23,993 nt of DNA, from the IMG/VR virus record IMGVR_UViG_3300037517_002797; one strand, 5' to 3'. Under the pieces are notes generated by a model that ran no database searches, was not told the origin of the DNA, and saw only the letters and a list, made by a program, of their open reading frames with translations. This stretch comes from an uncultured virus (IMG/VR IMGVR_UViG_3300037517_002797). Taxonomy: Duplodnaviria; Heunggongvirae; Uroviricota; Caudoviricetes. Shown here piece after piece: positions 22,688-23,993 of this stretch (within the stretch, counting starts at the first letter, position 1; each line of letters opens with the position of its first letter). The translations under genes and the position numbers were made by a program.

Positions 22688-22794
22688 GTTCTTGTCCTTT
22701 GTTTGTCCTTTTGCGTAGGTTCATAATACATTCCTTAGAATCCAGGAGGGGCTGGCCCACCTACTAGGCCAGCCTCCCCGGAACCAACCAAGAC

Positions 22795-23790
22795 CTAGAT
22801 CTTGGCTGGTCGGCATTCCTCGCCGAAGACCCTGGTAAAGACATCGGCGACAACCGGCCTGTCAATCTCGGGTGCGGCTGCGAGCAAGTTCGCAATTGCA
22901 AACTTCGTGCCGAAAGCTACGGCGAGATCACGGAAGGCTAAGAGCTCACGCATCTGCGGGGCCCACGATACTTCCGATGATTGCTGCTTCTTGTCTAGGT
23001 TCTGTGCTGCTGTCACGATTGGCGTTGGTGCGCCAAGCTTACGAGCAAGACCCCAGTCAGTAGTCATCTCTGCCTGCACTGTAAAGCGTGACAGCAACGC
23101 TTCCGAAAGTCGCACGCCTGGCGCATTCGGGTTGGTTGCTGCAATCACGAAGAAGCCAGGCTTAGCTTTGACAGTGCCTCGCTCGGGATTCGCTGTGACA
23201 GTGTACTCTTTACGGCCATCCATAAGACCATAGATGATGCTGAGCACCTTCGGGTCAATGAGGCCGACTTCGTCAATAAGAAGTGTGCCGCCTGCTTCAG
23301 CTGCTTTGAGCAGCGGGCCATCTTCCCAGAGGAAGCCGCCGCTTGGCGTTTGCACGTATCCGCCGACCAAGTCAGAGACTTCAGTGTCGCCAGAGCCGAG
23401 GACAGTCTGAAGACCGCCGGGCTCGCTGCAGAATGCAGCTTCAACGAGAGCAGTCTTGCCGCAACCTGGTGCGCCATAAAGCAGAATGTAACTGCTCATG
23501 TCACGGGCCTTGCGGAGGACCATCACGTCATCGTGTTCGCCCCACTTGCGAGTGTAGTAGTCCTCGCCATTAGGGCGTGGGAACTTGTCTGTCGCAACGA
23601 GTGCATCTGCTGTAGTCATGGTAGGCTTCTTCTTTGGAGCTGCTGCGCCGCGTGCTGTCGCACGGCCGGCCTGGGTTGTCATCTTATCCAGCACGGAGGC
23701 TGCCTCAGTATTGATTGGCTGAACAGCTACGCTGGTAAGCACTGACGATAGCCCAGAGTGTAGGCCATCGTAGATGGTATTCATTGTCAT
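22795..23790 (-). CDS. MoxR/CobS/CbbQ-like AAA+ ATPase
   Basis: Walker A GAPGCGKT, WEDGPL, Walker B LLIDE, AATNP, LSEALLSRF. Confidence 0.92.
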   Translation of the reverse strand: MTMNTIYDGLHSGLSSVLTSVAVQPINTEAASVLDKMTTQAGRATARGAAAPKKKPTMTTADALVATDKFPRPNGEDYYTRKWGEHDDVMVLRKARDMSSYILLYGAPGCGKTALVEAAFCSEPGGLQTVLGSGDTEVSDLVGGYVQTPSGGFLWEDGPLLKAAEAGGTLLIDEVGLIDPKVLSIIYGLMDGRKEYTVTANPERGTVKAKPGFFVIAATNPNAPGVRLSEALLSRFTVQAEMTTDWGLARKLGAPTPIVTAAQNLDKKQQSSEVSWAPQMRELLAFRDLAVAFGTKFAIANLLAAAPEIDRPVVADVFTRVFGEECRPAKI

Positions 23791-23838
23791 TTGGTGTCCT
23801 TTGTTTGTAGGTGTGAGTTTACTTTACATTCCTGAGAA

Positions 23839-23993
23839 TTAGACAGCTGGAATGCGCTTGTCAATGAACTCGGCTGGGAAGCCAAGAAACTTGCGAGCTT
23901 TCCAAATGCGGCCAAGAGTCTTGTAAGGAGTCTTGCCAGTGCGCACGCACTCGAGATCCTCTGCTGTAACTTCAACAACCACTGGCTCCTTGA
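23839..23993 (-). CDS. C-terminal part of a hypothetical protein (...KEPVVVEVTAEDLECVRTGKTPYK...KRIPAV)
   Basis: Open frame from the window edge ending in TAA just before the promoter motif. Confidence 0.7.
   Translation of the reverse strand, partial: KEPVVVEVTAEDLECVRTGKTPYKTLGRIWKARKFLGFPAEFIDKRIPAV

Larger units (their letters stand above)
1471..23840 (-). repeat. Dispersed promoter-like repeat, about 65 copies; coding-strand consensus WCTMNGGA-NNG-TANNNT-N6 (e.g. AACTCAGGAATGTATAATGATCTCA), often followed by leader ACGACGAAAGGAC
   Basis: Approximate plus-strand starts of copies read by eye: 1471, 1961, 2875, 3773, 4955, 5625, 6037, 6222, 6431, 6716, 7027, 7417, 7667, 7947, 8027(+), 8404(+), 8922, 9053, 9331, 9568, 9816, 10016, 10295, 10499, 10778, 10953, 11235, 11404, 11654, 11795, 11964, 12183, 12352, 12608, 12700, 12891, 13253, 13553, 13844, 14052, 14298, 14544, 14643, 14790, 14987, 15206, 15456, 15784, 15952, 16326, 16557, 16752, 17377, 17713, 17966, 18167, 18686, 19124, 19224, 19454, 19545, 19849, 20139, 20378, 20586, 20832, 22718, 23814. 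Confidence 0.93.

Noticed and set aside
7043..23956. Frequent CTCGAG sites
   Set aside because: Noticeably common but plausibly explained by CTC-GAG (Leu-Glu) codon pairs; not tested.
23787..23978. 63-aa ORF-track call at the right edge
   Set aside because: Crosses the promoter motif; the frame ending at 23839 is more protein-like and fits the cassette layout.

Overview
24 kb of a large tailed phage, most likely infecting an actinobacterium (WhiB gene, GAAAGGA ribosome-binding sites, leaderless genes). Almost everything is on the minus strand. Left end: terminase large subunit (runs off the window, absent from the ORF track), TM-LysM protein, N-terminal-Thr proteasome/HslV-like peptidase, HTH protein and WhiB. 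Right end: MoxR/CobS-like AAA+ ATPase plus HExxH/VWA (CobT-like) partner. Between them is a dense array of about 65 expression cassettes. Each opens with the same ~25-bp promoter-like motif (WCTMNGGA-NNG-TANNNT-N6-+1) and carries one of three payloads: an SD-led small ORF, a leaderless ORF, or an ORF-less structured RNA. Eight cassettes look non-coding, including two diverged copies of a ~225-nt RNA with compensatory base changes and duplicated internal motifs (11429-11653, 14322-14544). Separately, the hexamer MCCGCR is strongly enriched on one strand in the left ~6.6 kb and absent from the last 3 kb. All structures, counts and family calls were made by eye; no searches were run.
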